Both the position numbers and the translations under genes were made by a program. This document shows, in pieces, positions 1 through 8,875 of a DNA stretch of 64,000 nucleotides. Position 1 is the stretch's first letter, and every line of letters starts with the position of its first letter. Below the pieces are notes generated by a model. It was given only the letters and a program-made list of their open reading frames with translations. It was not told the origin of the DNA and did not search any database. Source of the stretch: a virus; IMG/VR virus record IMGVR_UViG_3300032038_000066, positions 1 through 64,000 of that record, one strand, 5' to 3'.

Positions 1-1458
1 TTGTGGTTATATTGCACCGACCGCCCTTCTCTTGCACTATGTTACTGACCTCATGTGCCAATCTGTCACCGCCTGCGTTTGACTCAAACTCGCATTGTTG
101 CATTTTGTGATTGACGATTATGTTTGAAAGGCGTTCATACTGTACGCCATAATCCGTGCTATCGTCACATATGCAATCCACAAGGTAATAATCATTGTCA
201 TACTGATAGAACACGGGTAATACCATGAAGTCGATACCTTTTGACTTTGTATCACACACTCCCAAAATGGCATCTGGTTCACGCTCCGGCAGTTCTGTAT
301 ATCGCCTCAAATCATCTTCGTGATACAACAATCCTTCACGTTCTATCGGGTCATTCTTATAAAGGCAACGATAAGACACATCATCCATTGTTTTTTCCTG
401 ATCTTGAAAAAACTCTACCGAAAAGCCGTTATACTCATAGTCAAAATTGCTCTTACCCGTATCTGGGTCAATATCAGGTACCGCTATAAATCTCACCCTA
501 TCTGACCCCTCATATGCTCGTTGTAATCTCCCTATTACATCGTGAACACTCCATCGGGTCGCTATATGTATCTCCTTGCAGCCATCCATTTTTCGCTGTC
601 TTGCATCTACGGAATATACGCCCCATAGCTTATCAAGTGTGTTTTTGTTTAGAGCCTCCTCCAGTTTTCCGATAAGATCATCCACAAACAAAAATTTATT
701 CGCTCTAACCTTACCTGCATTCTCTGATCCAACAGATGAAGTTTGCAATGACGGAAAAGGCTTGTATTTCCCTACGTTAAACTGCCCCATCTTTGCGTTT
801 GTGCTTGTTACTTGCAAATCAGGAAATATATCATTCCATAGGTACTCATCACTATTTGTAACTATGTCTAAAACACCGTCATAGTACATTCTTGTGATAT
901 CAGAACTATGCGAGAAAAACAGATTAAACATATCCGGGTACCACCCGATAACAGCAGAATTAAAAAACTTCTCCGCTGTGGTTTTTTGCGTTGAAGGAGG
1001 CATGGATATTGTCAAAATGTCTAACTTGTCATCTATCATATCCTGCAACGCCTGAATAATGCCTATTTTCAAAAATTGTCTACGTTTCGGAAGATAAAAG
1101 CGGTCTTTTGCTTCTCTGTTTTTCTCAAGATACAAAAGATAACTGTCAAATACCCTATTTTGTGCTTCGATGAGTAACAAATCAAAGTAATCATCTATGG
1201 CATCGTATGTTTGCCCGTTCTCCCTCATGTACTCATATAACGCCCACACATCACCGCCGTTTGTAGCATTGTGAATGTGCTTTTCTATGATATGTTTGCC
1301 AAACCTTGACAATACAAGTCCGTATTCCCTATCGTTCTCAATGGATATTGCAGTCTGAACAGCCTGCACAAGATAGCCGACAACCGCATGATTATAGCCG
1401 TTATCAGCCAAATAAGACGTATATTCTTTTGAACGTGTTAATAATTCTCTTGAAACCA
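1..1458 (-). CDS. terL: Terminase large subunit (T4 gp17-like / Terminase_6 family), 3'-truncated by the window edge
   Basis: Minus-strand ORF starting at ATG 1458 (MVSRELLTRSKEY...). It has a deviant Walker-A-like ISMPPSTQKTT near residue 150, as in gp17, then a Walker-B-like KFLFVDDLIGK. Nuclease-domain motifs follow: FIAVPDIDPDTGKS and CEFESNAGGD. It is absent from the ORF track because it runs off the window. Confidence 0.55.
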
Positions 1459-1623
1459 TAAAAGGGCGCACCTCATCCAAGACACGCCCTTATGTGTGTT
1501 ACGGCAACGCCCTCATGTTACCGCCTACCACTATTTATAATCACTCTGGCATCTGCCTGTCTGTGGGATTATCCACCGACTTTGAAGTAATTACCTCGCT
1601 ATCACTTTCCGCCAAATCCGTTT

Positions 1624-2496
1624 TTATTTATTTTTTGTTACAACAGTATCAGCACCTTGTACTGTAACCCATCCATGTTTAAGACGAGCCTCCGCTTCGA
1701 TTTTTTTAATAAGTTCAGGCGTGATAGACTTAGATATCTCTTTATTCGCATCCGCCTCACCTTTAGCCTCTGTAATCTTTATCTCAGCTTCATTTTTGGC
1801 TTTAATCAACTTAGTTTCAGCTTCGACTTTGGCGGTCTCCTGCTCTACTTTAGCCTGTGCCGCCTTCTGCTGTGCCTCGATACGATTATTGATAGCCTTC
1901 TTTAGCTGTGTATCGGGGTGTACGTCTATAATAGACGCGTCCAAGATCTCCATTCCGAACTGTTTTTCAAACTTTTCATTTAAGTATTTCGTCAATTCGT
2001 TGTTTATTTCGGCTCGGTTTCCTGAGTATAGATCCATTAACGATTTTGATGTTGTAACTTCGGATACTTTTGACTTAAGAACTGTTCTAACTCTATCATT
2101 TACAATAGATTGTCCATCTAGTCCTTTAAACTTTTTATATGTCTCAACTAACGTTTCTGGTTTAAATCTGTAAGACATTTGAAAACTTACAGCAATTGTA
2201 GCATTATCAGAGGACGTTACTCTGAAACTTTCGTCCTTTTCACTTCCTTCTCTCTTATCCTTTGTAAGCAAAAGCTGTTCATTACCTACCGTGAACTCCT
2301 TAACCTTCTTTGTCGGAGACACCAAATGCCAACCTTGTTTAAGAGTGGTCTTTTGAACACCTCCGTTCATGGAATAGACCACTCCCTCGTAGCCAACTGG
2401 GATTTTCTCTATACAGAAAACTACTCCTATAAGTGCTATGACTAAAACAATAGCCACTATTATTCCGCCAAAAAATCCATAATCATCTCTATCCAT
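1624..2496 (-). CDS. SPFH/band-7 (stomatin/prohibitin/HflC-like) membrane protein with C-terminal coiled coil
   Basis: N-terminal TM helix (FGGIIVAIVLVIALIGVV), an SPFH core (IPVGYEGVVYSMNGG...TKDKREG) and a C-terminal AQQKAAQAKVEQETAKVEAE coiled coil. Confidence 0.65.
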   Translation of the reverse strand: MDRDDYGFFGGIIVAIVLVIALIGVVFCIEKIPVGYEGVVYSMNGGVQKTTLKQGWHLVSPTKKVKEFTVGNEQLLLTKDKREGSEKDESFRVTSSDNATIAVSFQMSYRFKPETLVETYKKFKGLDGQSIVNDRVRTVLKSKVSEVTTSKSLMDLYSGNRAEINNELTKYLNEKFEKQFGMEILDASIIDVHPDTQLKKAINNRIEAQQKAAQAKVEQETAKVEAETKLIKAKNEAEIKITEAKGEADANKEISKSITPELIKKIEAEARLKHGWVTVQGADTVVTKNK

Positions 2497-2681
2497 TTTT
2501 ATTCCTCCTTTTCTTCCTTTTCTTTTTTCTCTATATTCATTTCATCCATAGCATCTTCCCATAGTCCGTTTATGAACCAACCTATAGGCTTAAAGATCAC
2601 TGATAGAAGAAGCCATAGAACGAATATAAACAATATTATTAAAATCCAAAACACGATATTCATTTTGCTATCACTTTCCGC

Positions 2682-3272
2682 CTAAACTCCGAAATTGTTA
2701 TCCCCTTCGCTGTCTTGCGTATCTCGCAATCCATCCCCTTGTTCAGGGCTTTCGCTATCACTTCCGCTTTGCTCTCTATCAATGTTTTCATTTCTGTGTC
2801 TCGGGGGTCTGATACCATCATATAACATATCCTCTACTAATTGCATTGCTCTGTTTAGCCCTTCGGCGTATTCGTATCTCTGTGACTTGCAAGCATGATA
2901 CCAATTTGAATTTATCTCTCTGTAAAGCACTTTAAGGATAGATTTATTCTCATGTTCCGCTTGTGCTTTATACATTTTTCTGACCGCTTCATATTCTTCT
3001 TGTTTAATGTCGTACCAATCCGATTTTATGGCAACGCCATTAGAAAAATACTTGCCGTCAATGTATCCATCAAAGAAAAACTCATGCAACCGCTTCTTTA
3101 GCGTGGGTACGGAAATCTCCACCAACTTTGCAAAGTCTTTTTGATTTATTTTTCTATCACGGGTGTATAGGTTGTATGCTTTGATGAATTGATTGTAGTC
3201 CATCTTTTTGCCACTATATACACATTTGTGACCCTTTTTAAATCCCTGTTTTTTTCGCTGTTCGTCTGTCAT
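2682..3272 (-). CDS. HTH DNA-binding protein, paralogue of 4219..4692 (possible small terminase or packaging-associated protein)
   Basis: Shares KKxxYxGxKMDxxxFxxAYxL...INxxxF...IsxPxxxKR...FxDxxxDGxYF with the 4219..4692 protein. Contains an HTH-like DFAKLVEISVPTLKKRL and an acidic C-terminal tail. Confidence 0.35.
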   Translation of the reverse strand: MTDEQRKKQGFKKGHKCVYSGKKMDYNQFIKAYNLYTRDRKINQKDFAKLVEISVPTLKKRLHEFFFDGYIDGKYFSNGVAIKSDWYDIKQEEYEAVRKMYKAQAEHENKSILKVLYREINSNWYHACKSQRYEYAEGLNRAMQLVEDMLYDGIRPPRHRNENIDREQSGSDSESPEQGDGLRDTQDSEGDNNFGV

Positions 3273-3898
3273 TCATTCGCCTTTGTATATCTCACAATGA
3301 TACGCCATGTCCTTTTTTCGTTAGCATTAAAAAATGTGTCGCTGTTTATCCAGATATAAGTATCATCAACAAGCCATTGGAACGGTATATCTTTTCCAAG
3401 TGTATTTGCACCGCCTGTTGCGTTCATCCATGCGCCGTTTGATCTGATAAGGTTTTCATCACGGAAGTATGCCTCCGCTACAAATATATCGTCTGTATCC
3501 TCTATCCCATGAATAATGCCATTTGTACGAATATTGCTCACCATGACATTGTTTACGGTTATCATGCGCTGATAAAGGTATCTGCGTCCAAACCTGCCTA
3601 TCTTGACCTCTTCTTCCGCATATACAGTACCCGAATTAAACGTAGCACCTTCCAAGGCATCGAACACCGCGCCGGACGTTACAAGCCTGTCATCATCCTC
3701 TGAAACAACGTCAATCATATCTGCCGATACTGTATGTGTATCAGGGTTATAATCAATGCCGTTCCCGAAGTTGTAGCTTGTCACCTCTACGCTTTGAACA
3801 TCACCTTCCGTCATTTCAACAGGCTCGTCATCCTCTGTTTCCATGTTGATGTTATCGCCATCATCCAACGTCAAATCAATCATAGCTGATTTCCTCAT
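3269..3898 (-). CDS. Hypothetical protein with an acidic N-terminus
   Basis: 209-aa ORF with a 4-nt stop/start overlap to the downstream gene. Coding-like composition. No motif recognised. Confidence 0.4.
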   Translation of the reverse strand: MRKSAMIDLTLDDGDNINMETEDDEPVEMTEGDVQSVEVTSYNFGNGIDYNPDTHTVSADMIDVVSEDDDRLVTSGAVFDALEGATFNSGTVYAEEEVKIGRFGRRYLYQRMITVNNVMVSNIRTNGIIHGIEDTDDIFVAEAYFRDENLIRSNGAWMNATGGANTLGKDIPFQWLVDDTYIWINSDTFFNANEKRTWRIIVRYTKANE

Positions 3899-4205
3899 CT
3901 TTTAAGATTTCTCCTACGGGCTTTTCAACAATCTTCGTTGCTATCGTAGTGCCGTCACTAAATATAGCGCGCAACTGGATACGAACCATTGTTCCCGTAC
4001 TCATCTGCAATGTTTCAGCCTGCGTCAATTTTGCTACCAACGTGCTAACAGGGCTTAGACCTGCTTCAACGGTAACGTCTAAATCATCCTCTGTCTTTTC
4101 AAACAGCGTCTTTCCATTCTGCGCATAGGTCAGATATATCTTTGCGTCTGTTAAATCAACACCTGTCACGGTAAACGTGTTTGTAGGTGTAGTGCCTCTA
4201 ATCAT
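3876..4205 (-). CDS. Hypothetical protein (beta-rich, Ig-like character)
   Basis: 109-aa ORF in operon context. No motif recognised. Confidence 0.4.
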   Translation of the reverse strand: MIRGTTPTNTFTVTGVDLTDAKIYLTYAQNGKTLFEKTEDDLDVTVEAGLSPVSTLVAKLTQAETLQMSTGTMVRIQLRAIFSDGTTIATKIVEKPVGEILKDEEISYD

Positions 4206-4218
4206 CTTTGTACCTCCA

Positions 4219-4692
4219 TCAATCCCACCTCAAATAACTTCCGGGTGGATTTTTAGGTTTTCTGCGTGTCATTTTGGGTCTTACTATCAATCCCGGCGGT
4301 ATCCCCTCAAAACTTGCATACATAGGCTTTCCGTCCGTGAAATACACTCCGTCTAACTTATGCTCGGGGTCTTCAAACAACTTCTTCATCCGCTTTGACA
4401 TATTGGGGATTGACTTAATGCCACAACGCCTGCGGAACTCTGCCGTATTTATCAGCCCGTCAGCCCATAGCTTGTAAGCATCCATAAATACTTTAGGATC
4501 CATCTTCACTCCGAAATATGTTTGCTTATGTCCTTTCAACCTTTCGGACATATTTTTTTTCTGTTCTTCCGTATACGACCATTTTTTACCCATATCAAAA
4601 CCCTTTTCCTGATACTTCGTATACCGTTTCAAAACCTTCAAACGCTTTATGGATTTCCATAAATTCCTCTTCGGCTTTTTCGTTGCTTTCAA
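4219..4692 (-). CDS. Basic HTH DNA-binding protein, paralogue of 2682..3272
   Basis: Lys-rich N-terminus, then the motif shared with the 2682..3272 protein (MDPKVFMDAYKLW...INTAEFRRRCGIKSIPNMSKRMKKLFEDPEHKLDGVYF). Confidence 0.4.
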   Translation of the reverse strand: MKATKKPKRNLWKSIKRLKVLKRYTKYQEKGFDMGKKWSYTEEQKKNMSERLKGHKQTYFGVKMDPKVFMDAYKLWADGLINTAEFRRRCGIKSIPNMSKRMKKLFEDPEHKLDGVYFTDGKPMYASFEGIPPGLIVRPKMTRRKPKNPPGSYLRWD

Positions 4693-4819
4693 ACACGCCT
4701 ATCGCGCCTTTTGACAATGGTGACCTATAACAAATCGTGTCATCCTGTACCCATATCTCACAATCCAAGAAATTTATTGATAAACCATCCTGTGTGATTA
4801 TCTTCATCTTGTACCCCAC
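4595..4819 (-). CDS. Hypothetical small protein
   Basis: 74-aa ORF overlapping its neighbours by a few codons. Confidence 0.3.
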   Translation of the reverse strand: MGYKMKIITQDGLSINFLDCEIWVQDDTICYRSPLSKGAIGVFESNEKAEEEFMEIHKAFEGFETVYEVSGKGF

Positions 4820-4989
4820 ATCACAAACATATTGATTATCAGTATCATTGCCAAATATATATCTATCTTCTGTAACCTTGTGTTTTCTTCGCTGTCAGCC
4901 ATCATTGCATAGGTCACACACGCCACGACTAGCAGTATGTCCACGGCAGTTGCCAAAAGCCGTAACACGTCATATATCATCATTTTCAA
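4804..4989 (-). CDS. Small two-TM membrane protein
   Basis: 61 aa with two hydrophobic helices. RBS agagg upstream of the ATG. Confidence 0.4.
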   Translation of the reverse strand: MKMMIYDVLRLLATAVDILLVVACVTYAMMADSEENTRLQKIDIYLAMILIINMFVMWGTR

Positions 4990-5015
4990 TCAACCTCTGT
5001 TTCTTGCACACTATC

Positions 5016-5035
5016 GGGCGGTTGCGAAACCGCCC
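5016..5035 (-). promoter_or_regulatory. Perfect 8-bp stem-loop (GGGCGGTT-GCGA-AACCGCCC) in the 5' leader of gene 4804..4989
   Basis: Read directly: an 8-bp GC-rich stem with a GNRA-type tetraloop on the plus strand, 27 nt upstream of the minus-strand start. No U-tract follows. Confidence 0.4.
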
Positions 5036-5290
5036 TTAACAGCCAAATGCTAATAGTGCTAGGAGAAAAAAAACAAAAAAAGCAGTACATACGCTACGGG
5101 GAGGATTTGAACCTCCGTTACAATTTCCTAACCGCAGCTTGTGCGTTTCAGAAAGACAGACAGCCTATAACACCGAAAGACAGGCAAACAGCGTTATCGT
5201 ACACCGCCCTAATGTTTCTGCATTGTCATTCTTCGTGAGGAATCCGCCACTCTCACATCAGCCGGGCGCGACCCGGCACCACCTGAGATT

Positions 5291-5509
5291 TCACACTACC
5301 AAATCCCCGACTTCAACCCTTGTGGGCTTGTCGTTATCCTTTATGACCCTCATTCCAAGGATTTCCGTACCGCCCTCAATGTATCGCCTGGAATATTGAT
5401 TTTTTATCTCGCTCAACACCTCATATCCAAGGATTATGCTTTTCGGTTCCTTGCCGTATTGCATAATATACAGCTTACGCTTTTTGTTTATCTTTTCCTG
5501 TACGTCCAT
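5291..5509 (-). CDS. Hypothetical small protein
   Basis: 72-aa ORF immediately downstream of the glycosyltransferase, with a 35-nt overlap. Confidence 0.3.
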   Translation of the reverse strand: MDVQEKINKKRKLYIMQYGKEPKSIILGYEVLSEIKNQYSRRYIEGGTEILGMRVIKDNDKPTRVEVGDLVV

Positions 5510-6590
5510 CTTTTTCCACTTCTATTACCTTGCCAATTACTGTCTGCATTATCTTTAGGTTTGTAGGCGCAAATGTTTCAGACAAGAAATATAACATATC
5601 GCCCGAATACTCGTTTTCGTGTCCAATAAACTTCTCTAGGTTTCTCATGTAGGACAGGCATCTTTCATGCGCTTCTAATATCCTCCCGAAACGCAGATAG
5701 ATTGTTGCGCCCATCATATCAAGTTGTGCCGTGGCAACTACACCATAATCACCATGCACGAATTTTTTATATGCCTTTAGCGCATCTTCCCACTTGGATT
5801 GCATCAAATCTGCCATTATCCGACAGGCTATGAACAGCCCCGTTATATTCTTGAAATAGTGCCTGTTTTCGCTCGTCAGTTTCGTTTTTGACGCAAGCCC
5901 TATATACTCTTCACTTAACGTGCGCAACGCGTCATAATCGCCCATAACGCCGTATTCCTGCACTATCTGAATCCACCATCTGGGTTGCATTGGCTCTTTG
6001 GCTATCATCTGTTCTATCAGGCGTATGTTGCGCTCGAAATGAAGCCTTTTTTGTTTTTCGGAATCAAAAATATACCCCGTATGCCCTAAAACCGCCTCTA
6101 ATGCTTTCGGGTCTCCCGTCACGGGATAAAACCGCTCATGTATCGCACCGACAAATGATATTTCATCCGTTAAACGGATCATCCTTGTGACCCATGCTTC
6201 GCCAAATTTGGTTAATTCATGGTTTTCATAGTTCAAAACCTTTATGTCACACCAATGATACCGCTTGCACTCGTCAGATTTTAAGAAATCTATTATCGGC
6301 TGTGCGTCAACGAACCACTCATCATCATCAACATACAGAAACCACTTGGAATCCGCAGCTTTCAAACCTACGTTTCGTGCTTTTGAGAAGTCGTTCTCCC
6401 ACTCAAAATCTATAATCTTATCAGCATACCGCTTTAGTACACTCATAACATCACGATTTTTTGTTGAATCCGTGTTCACAACGATTATTTCTGTGTCTAA
6501 AGCCTCTTTTAGTGGCCTGAATGACTCCAAACACCGCTCTATTGTCTTTTCACGACCACTTGACAGTATGGATATTGCTAAATCGTGCAT
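5475..6590 (-). CDS. Family-2 glycosyltransferase (GT-A fold) with a C-terminal helical/TPR-like extension
   Basis: LAISILSSGREKTIERCLESF...EIIVVNTDSTKNRD...FSKARNVGLKAA...WFLYVDDDEWF is the GT2 signature, including the DxD motif. About 200 aa of helical-repeat sequence follow. Confidence 0.7.
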   Translation of the reverse strand: MHDLAISILSSGREKTIERCLESFRPLKEALDTEIIVVNTDSTKNRDVMSVLKRYADKIIDFEWENDFSKARNVGLKAADSKWFLYVDDDEWFVDAQPIIDFLKSDECKRYHWCDIKVLNYENHELTKFGEAWVTRMIRLTDEISFVGAIHERFYPVTGDPKALEAVLGHTGYIFDSEKQKRLHFERNIRLIEQMIAKEPMQPRWWIQIVQEYGVMGDYDALRTLSEEYIGLASKTKLTSENRHYFKNITGLFIACRIMADLMQSKWEDALKAYKKFVHGDYGVVATAQLDMMGATIYLRFGRILEAHERCLSYMRNLEKFIGHENEYSGDMLYFLSETFAPTNLKIMQTVIGKVIEVEKDGRTGKDKQKA

Positions 6591-6593
6591 ATC

Positions 6594-7025
6594 TTAACGC
6601 CCCGTTGACCCAAATCCATCTGTTTCGCGCTTCTCATCGCTTAATATCTTTATTCCGTCAAAATGTATCGCACACGGAATTATGATCAGCTGTACTACCT
6701 TATCCCCGGCGCAAAAAGCATAATCCTTATCTCCCAGGTTATACAGTTTTACGTTGATATGACCTGTGTAACCTGCATCTATCGTACCGCCGCATGATAC
6801 GATGTCATGCTTTACGTTCAGCCCTGACTTGCTTTCAAGTTTGCCGTAATATCCCACGGGTATATCACACATTATCCCCGTGTCTATCGTTACGCTACCG
6901 CCTTTTGGTACTACTATCGCATATGGCGCACGCAAATCAACACCTGCATCCTCATAATGCCCTTTGACGGGTGTAAACGCCCATTCCTCTTTCCGTATCG
7001 TTATCAGCTTGTCTTTACAGCACAT
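6594..7025 (-). CDS. dut: dUTP diphosphatase (dUTPase)
   Basis: All five dUTPase motifs are present: EDAGVDL, LESKSGL, GTIDAGYTGH, KVVQLII and C-terminal RETDGFGSTGR. Confidence 0.8.
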   Translation of the reverse strand: MCCKDKLITIRKEEWAFTPVKGHYEDAGVDLRAPYAIVVPKGGSVTIDTGIMCDIPVGYYGKLESKSGLNVKHDIVSCGGTIDAGYTGHINVKLYNLGDKDYAFCAGDKVVQLIIIPCAIHFDGIKILSDEKRETDGFGSTGR

Positions 7026-7665
7026 TCTGCCCTCCTGAATGTTCGTAAAACTTTAAATCCCTCTCATAGTCTATGTCACACGTATAGTCATTTATCACCG
7101 TGTAATTCGTGTAATCTATGACGTTTATACGCGTTTTCTTTATCACCTGCCACAACTCCCACATGATAGGCCTGCGTGCAAACAACCCATCATCTTGCAA
7201 CTGCTTTGTTTCTGCTACCGCATCCGACAAGTGCTTATTGTTTACCACCTTCAACGCGAACGGTTCAGCCCACTCTTTCGGGTAATTGTCCGCAAATGGC
7301 GGCGCACTCGCAAAAAACTCTATATCATCCGTTTCGGTTTCAATTATCGTCTTTATCGCCTCTGGCGAATAATACACATCCCCAAACAGATAACACACGG
7401 GATATTCTGCCGGATAAAACGCATCAACCCAATACCCGTAGTTATTCTCCTGTTTGTCCGTCCAATACCTGTTTCGGTGCCGCAATATCATTACACCCAG
7501 GTCATTAAAATCCCTACTGTTCGTGCTTATTGCTATATCATCTATGCCATTCTCACGTAACAGCCTTATCGTTCGACTTATCAGCGTTTCACCATTCACC
7601 TTGAACAATGCTTTCGGTAACAGCAAATGCTTATAGTTTCCTCCGCACATGATGATGTATTGCAT
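7015..7665 (-). CDS. Nucleotidyltransferase (LicC/IspD/TarI-like NTP-transferase fold)
   Basis: The N-terminal IIMCGGNYKHLLLPKALFKVNGETLISRTIRLL matches the G-rich loop of sugar or alcohol-phosphate cytidylyl/nucleotidyl-transferases. Confidence 0.5.
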   Translation of the reverse strand: MQYIIMCGGNYKHLLLPKALFKVNGETLISRTIRLLRENGIDDIAISTNSRDFNDLGVMILRHRNRYWTDKQENNYGYWVDAFYPAEYPVCYLFGDVYYSPEAIKTIIETETDDIEFFASAPPFADNYPKEWAEPFALKVVNNKHLSDAVAETKQLQDDGLFARRPIMWELWQVIKKTRINVIDYTNYTVINDYTCDIDYERDLKFYEHSGGQNVL

Positions 7666-7762
7666 CTACCTGTTTGCCCTCCACATCACTATCAACTGCA
7701 TTATCCCGACTACCAGTATCGCAAATGAGAAATTCCCCTTCGCCATTTCCGACACGATTACA

Positions 7763-7987
7763 TCAATCATCCTCAACAATCTCAAACTCTCCGTAGTCAC
7801 CGCCGACCATCTGCCACACCTCATATGCCGTGTCCTTGCTATGCGTCCGAAACAACTCTGCATCATACGCCTTGCCATCCTCTAACGCATATTGCCTGAA
7901 ATTCTTCCGGCTCGTGTATACCGATTGCGTCCTGTCTTTACTCCGTATCGTGTATGTCATTCCACGCCACCTCTCATGAAGCAACAC
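7763..7987 (-). CDS. Hypothetical small protein
   Basis: 74-aa ORF with coding-like composition. Confidence 0.3.
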   Translation of the reverse strand: MLLHERWRGMTYTIRSKDRTQSVYTSRKNFRQYALEDGKAYDAELFRTHSKDTAYEVWQMVGGDYGEFEIVEDD

Positions 7988-8151
7988 TCTAATACCGTCA
8001 ACGTCAACTCAAACGCCTGATCTTCATCAAACCCGGCTTTGATGTACGACCTGTATATCTTATACAGCTCCTGTGCAGATGCGTCATGTTCGTTTATCGG
8101 CTCTGCACTGCCATTCATCGCCCGTCTGATTAACCTGTTGAAATCGTCCAT
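7957..8151 (-). CDS. Hypothetical small protein
   Basis: 64-aa ORF. Confidence 0.3.
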   Translation of the reverse strand: MDDFNRLIRRAMNGSAEPINEHDASAQELYKIYRSYIKAGFDEDQAFELTLTVLECCFMRGGVE

Positions 8152-8158
8152 ATTCTCT

Positions 8159-8383
8159 CTATCCTTCTTTTTCGCAATGGTTGTAAATATCCTCTGTTAC
8201 CGCATTCCGTGTCATGGTTATCTCTACCCCACTTGCAGCATCAACCGTGGTTATCATAACCCGTCTCTCTGTCCAGGACGGCAAATCCTTGGCTACTCGT
8301 ATATCCGTTTTATCATCCTTAAACGGATATATCTTCCTCATCAGCTTTATCGTGTTCCGTAGTTCCGTTATCGTCATCTTCAT
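8159..8383 (-). CDS. Hypothetical small protein
   Basis: 74-aa ORF. Confidence 0.3.
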   Translation of the reverse strand: MKMTITELRNTIKLMRKIYPFKDDKTDIRVAKDLPSWTERRVMITTVDAASGVEITMTRNAVTEDIYNHCEKEG

Positions 8384-8627
8384 TTACTCCTTGCCCGTAC
8401 TTCCACAACTTCTTCTGGCTCCACCCTGCCGTTACATACCGCCTCTCTAACTTTACTTCCGGCACAGAGTCTACATCAACAGAAATTATTATATCTATAC
8501 CCCTCATAGACCTGTTATTCCCAACCAAATCATCAGCGTTATCCAAAATATACTCTGCCGACTCTTTTACAAACTTTACTAGCGTTTCTCTATCTGCTGA
8601 ATATGTTCCCCCTGTTATTCTTGCCAT
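8319..8627 (-). CDS. Hypothetical protein (acidic C-terminus)
   Basis: 102-aa ORF. The true start may lie internally. Confidence 0.3.
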   Translation of the reverse strand: MARITGGTYSADRETLVKFVKESAEYILDNADDLVGNNRSMRGIDIIISVDVDSVPEVKLERRYVTAGWSQKKLWKYGQGVNEDDDNGTTEHDKADEEDISV

Positions 8628-8761
8628 AACTCTTATATCCTCTGTTTGGTGTATCGTTTTAAGTGTTTTTTATACACTACCCCTTTTTGTTTTGAGTTTA
8701 TTTGGGGTGCTAAGTGAGTGCCGGGAGGCTATCCCCTGCAAGGGTGACCCCACCCCGTAAA

Positions 8762-8800
8762 AATCGGCTTGTTTTCAGGCTTGAAAGCCGTTTTTATATC
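8762..8800 (-). terminator. Rho-independent terminator (bidirectional hairpin CGGCTT...AAGCCG with flanking T-run)
   Basis: A 6-bp stem followed by ATTTTTA on the minus strand and TTTTTAT on the plus strand, just downstream of gene 8876..9616. Confidence 0.4.
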
Positions 8801-8875
8801 TATCTTTCGGATAAATAGCAATTTATCCGCTAAATACAAAAAGTTAAATCAACAGGAGAAACCAACGCCACACCC

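Noticed and set aside
241-884. Plus-strand ORFs 241..489, 320..505 and 576..884
   Set aside because: They lie antisense within the well-supported minus-strand terminase gene. They have odd composition and no RBS.
5093-5175. Possible tRNA gene on the minus strand (GGTTCAAATCC T-loop)
   Set aside because: Only a T-arm and an acceptor-like stem can be drawn. No D-arm or 5+7+5 anticodon arm is present. Reported as a tRNA-like relic instead.
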